A DNA stretch of 64,000 nucleotides from contig OX597830.1 in NCBI GenBank assembly GCA_951406725.2, forward strand, positions 59,148,001-59,212,000. The letters are read 5' to 3'. The position numbers were made by a program, and so were the translations under genes. Source of the stretch: Octopus vulgaris (Eukaryota). The notes beneath the pieces are model-generated. The model saw only the letters and a program-made list of their open reading frames with translations. It was not told the DNA's origin and searched no databases. Below are positions 1-13,795 of the stretch, piece by piece (the first letter of the stretch is position 1; every line of letters starts with the position of its first letter).

Positions 1-65
1 ATCAAAATATTTAGTTTTCAACAGCTGAATCCACCCAGCTTTATGTGAGTTTCATGGTTGATAGT

Positions 66-292
66 GCGAGCTGGCAGAAACGTTAGCACGCCGGGCGAAG
101 TGCTAAGCGGTATTTCGTCTGCCGTTACGTTCTGAGTTCAAATTCCGCCGAGGTCGACTTTGCCGTTCATCCTTTCGGGGTCGATAAATTAAGTACCAGT
201 TACGCACTGGGGTCGATGTAATCGAATTAATACCTATGTCTGTCCTTTTTTGTCCCCTCTATGTTTAGCCCCTTGTGGGTAATAAAGAAATA
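66..292 (+). mobile_element. tRNA-derived SINE family A
   Basis: A box (tggcagaaacg) and B box (gagttcaaattcc), with central gttcatcctttcggggtcgataaattaagtacc resembling the Meta/Sauria-type domain. More than 15 copies, e.g. 4750-4937, 8385-8605, 16029-16445, 25989-26211, 26558-26786, 36975-37330, 38655-38870 and 39183-39397. Confidence 0.9.
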
Positions 293-1195
293 GGTAGTAG
301 TAAACTGTCTGTTCTGAATGAGCTGTCCTATGTTCCAAGGCGATCTAGCCGTGATCATCCTGTCTCATTTCCAAACAGAGCATATCTCGCACTAGGCTGC
401 CAAATATGTTCCACCCATCGATCTCGGTCTCACCATGGACGGTACTAATAACGCATCAATTTTTATATGAGAGCCCCTTGCTGGTCCTTCAACCATTCTG
501 TTTTTGGAAAAAGGTTAACTGTGAGCGACCATTCCCATTCCGCCAATGACCCTTCCCACAGTCCAAACTTAGCTGATTCCGAGAGAAAAGAATCGTCCCC
601 AGCACTCGATTGGTAATTCATTAATCTTTGACGGATGAAAAACAAACTTGACGCCAGGATTTGAACTCACAGCAGAGAAATCTGACTCAAGTAACGCAAG
701 GTATTCTAAGCCACATTTTTACAACTCTTGTTAATTCGTTACCTTTTCAATGCATGAGTGTGTCAGTGAAAGACCGCTTTTATTTTATATTTCCACAGGC
801 AAAAAGATAGTCACAGACAGCATAGTGCTGGAGATACCATCTGATTATATAAGCGATGAATCTCAATGTAAATTCATCCAGTTGACTCTGAACGTTATTT
901 TGCAAGCGTTGGTCCAAGGAAGTAGCGTCACTAAATGTCCGGATGGAATATGCGCCGTACCAAGGATAGAAGTTGTCTGCAATACCGATTACAAATGATG
1001 GACAGTCCTTGCAAATTACAGCGAAATTAATTAAAAAGCTCAATTAATATTGCAACGCGATTTGCTTTTCTTTCTTTCCTCCCGATACGTCTCATTTTCC
1101 TTCTCTCACTTCATATCTGTCTCTCTTTATCATGTCCCATGTTTCTTTGTCTAGCTTTCTTTTACTCTTTGCATAAAAGACGCACGGACATATCA

Positions 1196-2405
1196 TTAGG
1201 TTGGCAACTGAGTTCCCGCCGTTTTTTTTTTTTAATTAAATTTTTTAAAAGGTTTAATAAAAATTACCAACTAATTAATCAATAATGTATTCACCCTTGG
1301 TGTTTACAACTTCTTCCTAACATTCAACAAGATTTTCAATACCTCGTTGGTAGAAATCACCCGATTTCGACACGAAAAATGGATCCAACCAAGCTCTCAA
1401 TTCTGCATCAGTATTGAACGAAACTCCGCGCATAGCATTTGAAAGAGATCGAAAGAGGTGGAAATCCGTTGGTACCAAATCAGGAGAGTACGGCGGGTGT
1501 GGCAGCATTTCCCAGCCATGCGTTTAAATGGCTTCCTTGGTCATATTGGCGATATGAGAGCGAGCGTTGTCATGCAGAAGAACTCCACGTTGCCGATTAG
1601 GTCTTTTCTCGTGAATAGCCGTGTTGAGTCGTTCCATCTGTTGAACAGAGTTCCGCGTCGACCGTTTGGTTCCGTTCAAGCAATTCGTAATGGATAATCC
1701 CTTCCCAATCCCACCATATGCACATCGTTTTACGCGGATGGAGATCTTGTTTCACGCATGGTGTCGCTTGTTTACCAGGGCTAAGCCATTCCTTACGCTG
1801 CTTCATATTGAGGTTCAAGGAACCATTTTCCGTCGCCAGTAACGATTCGGTAAAGAAATCGTTGCTTGTGTCCATGAGTTGAGCGGTGACGAGCAAGTAA
1901 ACCAGCAGAGATTGTGGCTCGTTGATTTTTGTTGTTCTCACTTAAAACATGCGGAACCCATGCTCCATACTTCTGAACCTTTCCCATCGAGTGAAGATGC
2001 TTCTCTATAGCAGTGTCTGACGAAGAAATTTTAGTGCAAAAGTCGGTTTAATCACTCTTCATCGAACTCAATTGGACAGCCAGAACGAGGTGCGTCTTTG
2101 AGGTCAAACTTTCCATCTTTGAACTTGGCATACCAATCACGAGCGGTTCTTTCAGCTATGGCACACTCTCCATACACAGCAGAAATGTCGCGAACAGCTT
2201 TTGCGGCCTTAGAACCTTGATTAAAAGCAAAAAGAAGGCGGTGTCGAAAATGCTTAACTTTTTCTTAACTTGACATTCCATTTTAATGATCTGAAAATAA
2301 TCAAAAATTAACTAAAATTAACTAGAAAAAGAAAAAGATTTCAAAATTATTCAAAAATAGATTCTAAAATTTAAAAAAACTGCGGGAACTTAGTTACCAA
2401 CCCAA
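1196..2405 (-). mobile_element. Near full-length mariner (Tc1/mariner, DD34D) DNA transposon, decayed
   Basis: Imperfect TIRs of about 28 bp (ttaggttggcaactgagttcccgccgttt / aaactgcgggaacttagttaccaacccaa) with TA on the right flank. Transposase motifs WVPHVL, IVTGDGKW, WWDWEGIIHYELL and HPPYSPDL..TDFHLF. Confidence 0.95.
1275..2281 (-). pseudogene. Frameshifted mariner transposase
   Basis: Motifs are split over ORFs 1793..1987, 1597..1941 and 1317..1508. ATG at 2281; the frame ends GEYIID*. Confidence 0.9.
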
Positions 2406-2745
2406 TAGATGCACCCCATTTTCATGTAAAGCAAAACGAAGAAAAAAGTCTGTTTTTATTGTATTAATGTTTATGGGAAGCCAAACATCTTGCAGAGGAC
2501 CGGGAGTGGTTTGAAAAATGTTTTTTTCAGAAAAGGTTGTACGAGATGCCATTGAATTCGATATTCGAAAAGCAAAACCGGGTAGTTCGGGTGTTAGTTC
2601 ATTTCTATTCATTTCAAACAGCTTCGATAGAAAAACTGAAATATTAGGGTTTACTAATTATCACTAATCAGTAAATCTGCCTATTGAATGTTCCATGTGT
2701 GTGCGTGTTCGTGCGTACTTGCGTGTATATATATATATATATATA

Positions 2746-2932
2746 CGCCATGATAGATCGTTAGCCACTACACACATTTTTTCTCTCCTTGTTTCTCCCC
2801 TTTCTGTAGAAGAGCATAGGCTCGAAATATAAAAGACTTTTTCTATTCCTGAGCGTTATACTAATACATCTGTTTGTTTTGTACACCACCTGTCTTCGTC
2901 TTTTGTTGTGTTTCTTTTCGTAAACTCTCCCT
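2746..2932 (+). mobile_element. PLE-like short element between (TA)n tracts
   Basis: ttt CTGTAGA a gagc-atag-gctc GAAA tat aaaag followed by ttcctgagcg, shared with the 7876-8000 and 52818-53020 copies. Confidence 0.5.
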
Positions 2933-3477
2933 ATATATATATATATATATATATATGCAGGTATAACGGTGGCTTGTTATAACGGCTGATTGGTTTCCAC
3001 TTTTATAATGTGGTGCTTTATTTTATTTATAGTTTCTATTTGGAATAGATAACTAATATAATTTATTTCTTAAATAAGAATCTATATTGATAAACCCGTC
3101 ACTTATAACTTAATTATAAGTATTATCATTATACATAAATCTCAACACAAGCTACATAAACGCCGTAGTGAAAAGTATATATATCAAGACGCTTGAAAGG
3201 ACATGCTGAATGTGCATGTATGTTGAAGATAAGTTCGTGTTCTTTTTCACTGCTATAAAAACAGTTTCATAATTGCAGAAATAAATTTCATTAACAGATT
3301 GGAAAGAAGTTGAGAAAGAGAAAATATTGACTACATTAGTTTATTTATGTACATTTAATATTTACAGTCCACTTAGAAATAAAGCAATTTGTCGTAGAGA
3401 GTTACGACATAACTTCATTACTACCTAATTCTTTCATATTAACTATCAGAGTTACACAACAATCCAAATAAGCCTTA

Positions 3478-3877
3478 GGATCTTTTCGGTTTGAACGGCA
3501 GTTTTTTGAAATAATTTCCACGTAACTAAACACTTTTAAACTTCGTATACTGGTAGAATGTGTTTATAAAACATCTTTTTCTCTTGGCTTTATTGAGAAA
3601 ATTCTATAGTTTGTAAGATATTTGTTCTTTTTTCTTCTTCAATTTCAACCAATCAATTACGTCTATTGAGGTAAAAAAAATATTTTGTGCCGTATGAATA
3701 TGTACCTCGTTTAAGAAACAGATTGGGTTTATTTACATTTGTGAAGAAAAAAAGATACCCTTCCCCCTAACTCTAAAACAGATTGAAATGCAATAGATCG
3801 ATACTAGGGTCATAATTATGGGTGACAATTTCATATGACACTGCTAGAAAAAACTGCCGTTCAAACCGAAAAGATCC
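3478..3877. mobile_element. MITE of about 400 bp, Merlin-like
   Basis: TIR of about 30 bp (ggatcttttcggtttgaacggcagtttttt). A second copy lies at 19687-20097 in the opposite orientation. Confidence 0.85.
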
Positions 3878-6800
3878 CTAAATGCTCATTCATACCTGAA
3901 TTCTAAGAACCGTATTTCGTGAAAGAATTCTCTTTGATGAAAGTTTAGAATTCAAATATGGGCAGAAATTTTAACCAATGGGAAACCAACAATTATACTT
4001 GTTCGGGCAACATGACCATTACGTCATATTGCTGCCTTTTACGACTTGCTTGCTGCTCGCTATACAGGCAAAAGGGTTTCAATGTTTTGCGTAACTTAGA
4101 GCGACACACATGCATACATATATCCGAGCATGAATACCAGTGAAGCTGATGAAATCTTGACTTTCCATTTGAAGTGTCCATGTTTCATATACATAATCAG
4201 GACTTATGTGCAGCCTTCAGAGATATTACTGGCACAGTTCACCTGAGCTGGTATCATGATTTGTACACAACTTTGTAGACCTCTTGCAATGAAGGGTCGA
4301 AGCCCCTAATAAAAAGGAAACCGTTAGCAATGTCCAATCTCATATCAAGACCTTCAATGGTTGCATTCCGTTTTTGCTGTTAAATCCAAACAACGTTTGT
4401 GATGACAGGAGAATTAAGTGATGTTTGGTGGGCAATAATCCTAAATCCATTTCAATTTCTGGCACAAAGCCAGCAATTTCAAAGGAAGGGATAAGTTGTT
4501 ACATTAACCCCAGTATTCGACTCTGAAAAGATGAAAGGAAAGGCAAAGTCAACCTCGGTGGAATTTGAAGCGGACGAGATGTTGTTAAGCATTGTGTCCG
4601 GCCATTCAAAGAGTCTGGCAGCTGAACACCTTAACAATAAGTCTAAATTGAAAAGTCATTTCACTCACACTCGTCACTGCCATCACTCACACTATCACTC
4701 ACTGAATGTTGAACTTAATACAATGAACTCATTTGAGGAAAAAAAATATTCTTTTCTACTCTAGGCACAAGGTCCGAAATTGGTGAGGGGGGGGGGGCGT
4801 CGATTAGATTGACCCCAGTACGCAACTGGTACTTAATTTATCGACCCCAAAAGGATGAAAGGCAAAGTCGACCTTGGCGGAATTTGAACTCAGAACGTAA
4901 AGACAGACGAAATACCACAAAGTATTTCGTCTGGCGAGAGAAAAATAAGTCACAACAATGAATTAATACATTTCTTTTTTAATCTTTGTTTTGTTTTATT
5001 ATAGTTTGTAGTCTTACAGTGACTTTGGCAAATACAAAATAAGATTCAGTACAATGTAACAAATATTTTTTAATTAAGTACAGTTAATTGGTCTCCAAAT
5101 GATCAAACTGCAGTTGAAATGTAGCCAGGGAATTTTCTTTTTCTTTGACATAAAATGTATATTTATTGACGCAACATGCAGTGTGGAATCACCATTGAGA
5201 TTTAAAAGGGGTGTGAGCACCAAAGAGCTGAGGTGAGCTCGAGAAGAAGAACTGAAGTCTGTGACCCGTTTGTGATTCTCCAATTGTAGCCACTTCCCTC
5301 GCTAACGCCCTCAGGGTAAGGGATAAACGACATAACGTCCTATTTCCTCCCCAACACTAAACGTTCCAGGCTGTATGACCCCTTCGTGAGAAAGTGACAT
5401 ATTTTACATGTTAAAAATAAGTGGGGTGGGGGGAGACAAAAACAGAAGAAAAAAAAACAACAAAGAAAAAACCCAGACTTTTGCCCAATTTTAACTGCTG
5501 CACAGATTTCATCAGTTTGAGTGAAGAAGTTTAGTTGAAAACTAAATACAGCAGTATAATTAATAATATCGATGAGTGGAGTTTAGTTTTAATATTTTAC
5601 AATTGATATACACTTTCTTTATATTTATACACACAATAGTCTCAAAATAATGAGTCATATTTTAATTATACAGCTACCGAAACAGTTTTATTATCAGATA
5701 AGATAAAAAGAGGGGAATAACCAGAGTTATGCTATAAGTCTCTACTCTACAATTAACTTGCTGGTAAACTGCAGCATCATGCATAAACATACATGCCAAT
5801 ATCGTACCATACTTCAGCATCTATGGATGCCTTACGAATCACTAAAGAAAAATATCTTGTGGGGCACCACTAGAAACTGTCACATCTTCATGAAATGAAA
5901 CGTAGAGCAATTCAACGAGATGTAGGAAGCAATCTCCATCCAAATTATTCCTACATGGACAGGTATAACTTGGATAATTGAGCTCAGCACTGCAAGCTAA
6001 CTAAACCCTATTTAGGGTACTGTTACTGCTCACAGCAGTGAGTTTTTATCCCTTTGGTCTTTGTGTGTTAGAATGGAGTCATTTCAGTGTCAAGTGTCAT
6101 GGCCTCAACCCAATGCTGATGCGAGACCAGACGGAACTCTCAGCCACTTGGTTTACTGCCAAATCCTATCTGAGCTCTTTAACCAATATACAAACCCACA
6201 AGAGAGCTTTGTAACTCAGTTGCTTAACTTGGATTGACGTGGCCAATCTCTTTGATAATCCCTACAGCATTTTTAATCTTGGAATTATTTAAGCCCTAGA
6301 GACAAGATGACCAGAGCTAGAATCCTATTGACTGGCTGCTTACATCTGGAGCATAGACATACTTCAGTAGAGCTCACTAGTACTACATAACATGGTTGAC
6401 AGATTTTCTTGTTTAGCTTATATGGCAGCCAGGGTTCAACTCTTAGCACAGGAACAGCTATAGGCTTTATATATGTATGTGTGTGTGGCATGAAGTTCAA
6501 CAAGGAGAGCTCTTGATCAGTTGAGGAGGTAAAAGATATTGTATATAAATGAAATGGTTCCTTTTTACTATCATAACAAAAGAGCCAACCTCAGTGCTGT
6601 CAATTCTCCAGTAGTTTCCTGCAAGTTCAGCACTTCACTGACGACTCTTTCTCTCATCAAGTAATAAGAGGAATAATGGCCTTTCTCAGGGTACGGCATG
6701 GTACCAGGGAAAAGATAGACACAAGTCGGGCAGATACCACCAATAACAAGATGTGGCCAGAGGGTGACCAGATTAAACAAGAACAAATACTGTTCAACCA

Positions 6801-7349
6801 CTTTGGTCATTTCAACAACATAATCATAATTATATATTTGAAATCTACTATCAATTTGTTATGTTCCTTTTTTTTCCCCCATTACCTCCACATACCAAAG
6901 ATGAAGAATTTCTAGATCAGTGAGCAGAACTCAGTGAAGGTCTCAGAGTTCAAATCTGTCAAACAAAATTATTAGCATCAAGCAGAGTTATGGATTAATT
7001 TACATTTTCTAAAGCAACATTTTTTCAGGAAATAGTATCAGCAGTCTAAAAGTCTAATTTTGCATTGAGTTTGGTTCACTTAGTTATTTCGTTGTCTGTC
7101 ATATAAAATATAAAATCAAAAATATTGCCAGGTAGATTTTGTTTACTGTTGTTATATAAATAGCTATTTCTTTGGAAATCTGTCAGTTATGATAAAGAAA
7201 TGGTAATACCATGGAGAAAATATTGAGAAGCAAACAACAAGGTTTAACAATTGGTTAATTGGTGGGAATTGAGATATTACAGTCCAGAAAGAAAAGTAAT
7301 TAATAAATTGCAATTAAGTCTAAAAATTCATTCTTAATGACTAGAATAA

Positions 7350-7567
7350 TTAACCCTTTAGCAACCAAACTGGCCATATCCAGCTCAAATATCCTACCTG
7401 TTTTTTGTTCAAACTGACCAGATCAGGCCTCTCACACCTACCCGGCAACGTCATTCTATCAATAAACAATCACATCACTGACATCTGAAAACTGAGATAG
7501 GATTATTTCAAAACAATGCAAATAAATAAGGATTACATATGACAGAATAATCTGAATGCTAAAGGGT
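7350..7567. mobile_element. Second piggyBac-like MITE family (ttaacccttTAGCA...TGCTAaaggg)
   Basis: TIR plus TTAA. Related copies near 45705-46093, 49612-50563 (interrupted) and 58876-59925 (interrupted). Confidence 0.7.
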
Positions 7568-10331
7568 CGAATAATAAAATTAGAAGAAACTCTCCAATGA
7601 GAGAGAGGGGGGAGAGGGGGAGAGAGAGAGCAGGACGTGGTAACTTATGCATATGTATGTATGTATGTGTATGTATATATATATATATAAGCTGCAAAGA
7701 CATCACAAAAACTGTTACTCAGAGTTTCACATTAGGAAGGGCATCCACTTGTAGACACTTTGCCAGATCAGACTGAGCCTGGTGCAGCCTCTGGCTCACC
7801 AGTCCTCAGTCAAACTGTCCAACCCATGCCAGCATGGAAAGTGAACATTACACAACGACGATATATACATATATATAGTTAATCCAAACATGAAAACACA
7901 AAGAGAAGAGAAAACGTGAGGATGTGGAACAAATATAGTGTTATTGGATGCTCAGGAAAGGAAAGAAAGGAAGATTTAACGTTTCAAGTGGAACTTTCAT
8001 TGCCACCGAGTCAGTGGTTGCAGTTGTGTGGAAATTTCCAAATCTTATGGAACAGGTTTGGTGATATAAACAGGAAAACAGAATTCAAAACATGGGTATA
8101 TATTTTTCTTAATTGACAGAAGTTACAAAAACTAACTCAAAGAGATGAGACTTTTGCACTTTGGCACGAATCAAAGTTTGGCGATAAGTGCCAATGCATG
8201 AAACTCTTGGTCCTCAAGTCACTTTGTCATTTTTGCTTCATCAGCATCGTTTAACGTCCATTTTCCATGCTGGCATGGGTTGGATGGTTTGACAAGAACG
8301 GACAAGCCAGAGAGCTGCACCATGCTCCAGTACCTGCTTTGGCATAGTTTCTACAGCTGGATGCCCTTCTTAATGCCAACCCATTTCTTTATTACCCACA
8401 AGGGGCTAAACATAGAGGGGACAAAGAAAGACAGACATAGGTGTTAAGTCGATTACATCGACCCCAGTGCGGAACTGGTACTTAATTTATTGACCCCGAA
8501 AGGATGAAAGGCAAAGTCAACCTCGGCGGAATTTGAACTCACAACGTAACGACAGACGAAATCCCAAGCATGTCATCCGGTGTGCTAATGTTTCTGCCAG
8601 CTTCCCCCGCCTTTATGCCTTTTCTTAATGCCAACCACTTTACAGAGTGTATCAGGTGCTTTTTATGTGGCACCAAAAGTTATCTCATGTAGTGAATTTA
8701 ACAACTTCCTATGTTATTAAACAGACTCTTCCATGACATTGTTGCTTCTCTTTCAACTCACACACTCAGATTAAGTCATTTGTTATTAGATAACTTCCTA
8801 ATATTTTACAGGTAAAAACATTCAATTATTTTATCAAAGTGCAAAAATAGTAGTAAGGGGTCAAATTAACAGGATACCAACAGTTTGTATATGATCTGAC
8901 TCCAAAGAGACTGGTGTGTTGGTCTTCATCAGCAAGATTCGTGTTATTTAATAATGGTAATAAAAACGAAAAGAGAACAGTGAACTTATTATGCACGGAG
9001 GAGTAAAGAATCCAATATTTCAGATGGTTTTCTTCCGGAGAACAAAATCAACAGGAGGGAAATGTATGGAAAGACAGCAGAGTATTTTTTGGTCGATGTA
9101 AAACTCTGGTTTTCTCTCCTGGTTTTCTTTCCTATCAAATTTTCTCTGAAGGAGGACAATTTCTGAAATGTTGGATTTCCCACTTTGCACAGCAGCTTCA
9201 CTAAACTCTTTTTCATCAGTTCCACCAATTTGTACCATATCACCAGCATTATACAGTGTCAATAGCAAAGACCACTCAACTCTTGAGATTAGTCTAAATA
9301 GGCTTAAAGGGAATGTATATAGATCTATGCACTAAACATCAAAAGTACAAAAGGATAATTGTTTTGTTAACTGGCAGAACTGAGCTCAAAATTGTCCTTC
9401 ATGCACAGCTTCAAAAGCAGAGTAAAGTTACCCCTGCTTTGGCTATATCACATGAAAACAAAATCTCTAATAGTAGCAGTAGTAGCAGCCAATAAGTCAA
9501 AAGTTCTAAGGGCAATATAACTGGATTTAGGATGAAAATTAACAAAGTGAATTGTGTTGAAGACTGGCAAAGACAAAGATGTTTCTTTTTTTTATAATTA
9601 AGCTTAATTCATTGTTTCTAAGTCAGAGTTTTGAATTTTGCTGGATCAAAGGGTAAAAGACTAAACCTTGCGTGACTGGAATATACAGTGAGATTAGTAA
9701 CACCATGAAATAGTAATAATATTGGTAGCTAATTCTTCATTTTTAGTCAGTTTTACAAGGTTAAAAATTAAATGAAATATTCAAATTAATATTAATTATA
9801 ATTTTCTAACTAGCATTCTCTCTTGAATCAAGAAAAAAAAAACAAAAACTGAGTGATACCAAAGGGGGTGGCATTTTTCAGTTCGTACAAGTGTGGTAAT
9901 TAAATAAGGAAGTAGGATGAGTAAGGGAGCAGTTTCAGGAATACTGAAGAAGGAATGGTTCAAGAACTTTTTTTGTAGTTAGAAATAGTTGTGTTGAGAA
10001 AATGGTGGAAAATGTATGTCTGAAATGAAAAACTCTAGGGTTTATAAGTTTTGAAGAAACACAAATGTGAGACATAGGGATTTTTTTGGAGTAGGTGATC
10101 TTTTAAAATGGATACTGGGAGAAAACTGGCCATCTTATGGGGCTTGTGTATGTAATCCACGGGAAATGTTTTGAAGAATAATTATTATTAGAGACATTAG
10201 CAAAGGAGTTGTTTTATGCAACCATGCATATGTATAAAAAGAAATTGATTCAAACCACTTTGAAGATGAGATGCAGCCTTTACATTTAGTACAGAAAATC
10301 AACAAATATAATAGTAATAATATTAATGATG

Positions 10332-10402
<71 letters not shown>
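10332..10402. repeat. (AAT)n microsatellite (representative; many (TA)n, (CA)n, (AAT)n and (CAT)n tracts throughout)
   Basis: Direct inspection. Confidence 0.95.
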
Positions 10403-10405
<3 letters not shown>

Positions 10406-10529
10406 GATGAGGATGATGATTCAATGTGTGTGTACAGGTTGAAATACATAAATTCAAACTTGAAAAGTGAAATTAACTGAAGAACTGTCTTGACATTTTT
10501 AATAAAAAATACAATTTGAAATTGAACAT

Positions 10530-12628
10530 TTAAAACAGACATAACATAAATCCAATTTATTTGGTAATTTTTTGTTTTTGAATATAATGCACATATTTAC
10601 AATATGTATAAGTGTGTGTATGTGAGTGTGTATATATATCTATATATATATATATATATCTAAAGGGATCAAATCTAAACCAAGCATATGAAGCATAGAC
10701 TTGCCATAAAATATTACACTAAAAAAAAAAAACTGTTACAAAGTTTAATACTTGTGTTTTTTCTTCAGTTAAAATGGTGGTGGGGGGGGGGGCATTCAAG
10801 TGAACAGAAGTATCTAAGGGTTGTATTCAGAACAATGTTTTTCTAAGAATTTTCTACTAATGTTTTTTTTTTGGGAGGGGGGGGTAAAGTTAGAATATTC
10901 ATGCTTCCGGGATTTATTTACCAAACTATAAAACAACAAGCACAATACCAATCTATTCTCTAAATGGAAGACTTTGTACAAGAGGTTGATAAGTTCAGTT
11001 GAATTAAATAATTTCATGTTTCAGGCTGTTGCTCTTCATCAGAGAACAGAGAAGATTAAAAGACAAAAAAAAAAAAAGCCTTGAAAGAGTTGTTCTTTAG
11101 TTGCAAGCTAACAATGCTGCACATTGGTGTGCAACCAAAACAACAAAACAATCATCCTTGCTCTCAGGTCAAAGTGCAAGCAGCCAAAAACATTATATTT
11201 CTTCACCTAAATTATCAAAGAACTCTTTCACACATTCTCTTATGAATTATTGCCAATGGAGACCATCACCAAGTTTCTTTAGATTCCAGATTTTAACCTA
11301 TTTTCGAACTGACCTTGAAGTTTCATACAAACACATATTTACATTTTTTTTTTTTTTTTTTTTTCATACTAATATCTTTTAGCAAGGTTTTAAGATATGT
11401 AGAAACAGAGAGTTGGATTTCAAGTGAGACTTACTGATTACAATGTTAACTTTGATTAAAATCTCAATAAAACAGCTGTTAAGAGATTAAAATAAAAAAA
11501 CTTTTTTTTTCCTCTTAGTGTAACCTTACAACATAAAGCTGAAAATTTCCTTAAACTTAAATCCAAGAATACAGCAGTCAAACCCAGCAAATATAGAAAT
11601 AAATAACAGTTGTTTATTTTCTCCATTTGAAGCTTAAACTTGTTAAATTATTTGTACTGGTAACATCAATAATACAAAAAGCAGAAAATCTCTTCAAGGA
11701 ATTGGTTTAAAATACATGAAATGGAATTTTAAAAAAAAAAAAAAAAAATATTACCAAAAAGCAAAAACAATTAATAAAAATATTTTGATGTATTCCAATG
11801 TATTCCATGACAAATCCTAGAAAGAAAGAACTAACACCAAAGAATGGTTAAACATCACATGAAGTAATAAATAAAAACTGCAACTTAAGATTAATTTAAG
11901 GTTTCACAGTTGAAACGAACCAATTTAGAACCAATAAAATAGATGAAACAACAAGGAACAGAGGTTGACTTTGGGTTGGTTTCATTTCCTCAAAGGTTTC
12001 TTCTCAGCAATAATAATTGAAAAAAGATTTCCACATCCAATTATTAAACATTTGAGAGTTTTCTTGTATCTTCTCATAAGAAAGAATTTCTCATTCAGTT
12101 CTAAAATATTTATCACAGGTCTTTTACTGAAAAAACAGGAAAGGATAAAAAAAAAAAATATTAAAAATAATCGAAAAGTAAAATAAAAAAGAAAATGCAA
12201 AGGAAGAAAAAAAAAAACTCATTCAAATTAGTTAAAAATAATTTGAAATCTGATAACTTTTTCTTTTTTTTTTTTTTGTTTCTCTGGAATTCAAGTTTCC
12301 AATGTTTTGGCACATTTGTTGAATGTCCTGAAAGACTGCACAAACCAAAAGGACAATCATTAAACAAAGCAAATAAATATGCTATGGAAAAAAAAAATTT
12401 AGGGGGGGGTAGGGGGAACTGGAGAAATGGAATGATGTAAGAAGAGAGAATGAAATCACAGAGTTAAGAACTAAAGTTTTTTTTTTTTTGATCACAAAAA
12501 TTGCTCTCTGGATTAAGTTTCTAGCTTTTTGTCTTTTTTTTTTTTGTGGTATTTTTTCATTGTTTTTTTTTGTTTCAAAGTATTCTTTCTCAGAGTTCCA
12601 ACTTGTAAGTCTGCTCAGTTTGATTGAT
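10530..12628 (-). other. Probable 3' UTR of the minus-strand gene
   Basis: About 2.1 kb free of SINEs and U-rich on the minus strand, with AATAAA on the minus strand at about 10556-10561. The exact end is inferred. Confidence 0.5.
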
Positions 12629-12763
12629 TTAGTCACTGACTTCTGAGCTACACCGGGACCGCTGTCTCCGATTGGAAGAAGAAACAAAAAGACTAACACA
12701 CTTTCTAGATTCCAATTGCTCAAGCCAATATTCTTGATCTGTAGGGTCCACATATGTTAAATT
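12629..12763 (-). CDS. Terminal coding exon (NLTYVDPTDQEYWLEQLESRKCVSLFVSSSNRRQRSRCSSEVSD*)
   Basis: Acceptor tattatttttcag, phase 0, TAA stop at 12629-12631, followed by TE-poor U-rich sequence. Confidence 0.8.
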   Translation of the reverse strand, partial: NLTYVDPTDQEYWLEQLESRKCVSLFVSSSNRRQRSRCSSEVSD

Positions 12764-13229
12764 CTGAAAAATAATAATTAAGGTGCAAAATAAATACATA
12801 AAATGCACACAGATATGCATACACACACACATAACATAAAACAGAGTGCTCAACATTCTGAAATAGAGCAAGAATGATTTACAAGCAAAATAAGACAAAG
12901 TATGAATATTTAATTTATTCAAGACACATTTCTAGGTTTCAATTACAAACTCAATCTCAGAAAAGTAGACAAAATTTGTTTTCAATCCAGGTTTTTAAAT
13001 ACAGACTAAGGCCATTTTATATTACATTAACCAACTCTACATCTGATGGCAACAAAAAGATTAAAACAAATCCATTAATCCACACATTAAATCTTGCTCA
13101 TCATCATCATCGTTTAACGTCCGCTTTCCATGCTGACTCTAACTGAGGGCTGGTGAGCCAGATGGCTGCACCAGGCTCCAATCTTGATCTGGCAGAGTTT
13201 CTACAGCTGGATTCCCTTCCTAACGCCAA

Positions 13230-13795
13230 TGAGTAATTATTCAGGGATTTCTTTTAGTAAAACGGAAAAACACAAATACTGAGCAGAAAAATTTGTCGGC
13301 AACCAGCCACGAGGATCGAACTCACACTCCTCCAACTTCTAAAATTGCAGTAAAATTCGCCAGTCAGCAGTTTGGCTTAATGGGTAAAGCACTCCAGCCA
13401 GATATTGGAGGGGTGTGAGTTCGATCCTCATGGCTGGTTGCTGGCAATTTTTTCTGCTCTTAAAAGGATTTTATCCTTATATATATATATATATATATAT
13501 ATTTATTACTGACGAGGGGAAAATTCTTATGAATTAACCCTGAAATTAGGACCAATACGGTAATAACGGAATTTTTTAGAAATTTCTATCGGCATCTTTC
13601 AAGACGCATAAATTATAATGGTTATTGACAATTTTGTCTTTTTTTCGGCATATTTGGCATTAGAATTTTTCTTTTGCCCTTATTTTATAAGTTATTTATA
13701 AATTTAACCTTTAAAGGTATTTTTTGATATGCTGGCCATTGATAAAAAATTTTTCGAAAAAAAAATTAAAAAAAAATTTTATCCTACATTAGTTA
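13230..13795 (+). mobile_element. Second tRNA-headed, hammerhead-bearing element with inverted partial head
   Basis: A box tggcttaatgg and B box gagttcgatcc (13373-13426). 13281-13335 is the inverted copy of 13405-13459. Boundaries are approximate. Confidence 0.6.
13503..13566 (+). ncRNA. Hammerhead-like motif downstream of a tRNA-like head
   Basis: ttatta CTGACGA gggg..aattc-ttat-gaatt..ccct GAAA ttaggaccaa TA cgg taataa. Stems I and III are imperfect. Confidence 0.5.

Noticed and set aside
5120-5399. Possible solo LTR (TG...CA, AATAAA on minus)
   Set aside because: No TSD and no second copy in the window.
8989-9268. Two overlapping minus-strand ORFs of 82-86 aa
   Set aside because: No recognisable domain or convincing splice sites, and they lie downstream of the gene's stop and UTR.
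10135-10542. Poly-Leu / poly-Asn ORFs
   Set aside because: Translation of an (AAT)n microsatellite.
13363-13435. Functional tRNA gene
   Set aside because: A and B boxes are present, but acceptor-stem spacing and the anticodon loop are non-canonical; treated as a SINE head. The same applies to 34620-34693 and 35942-36010.
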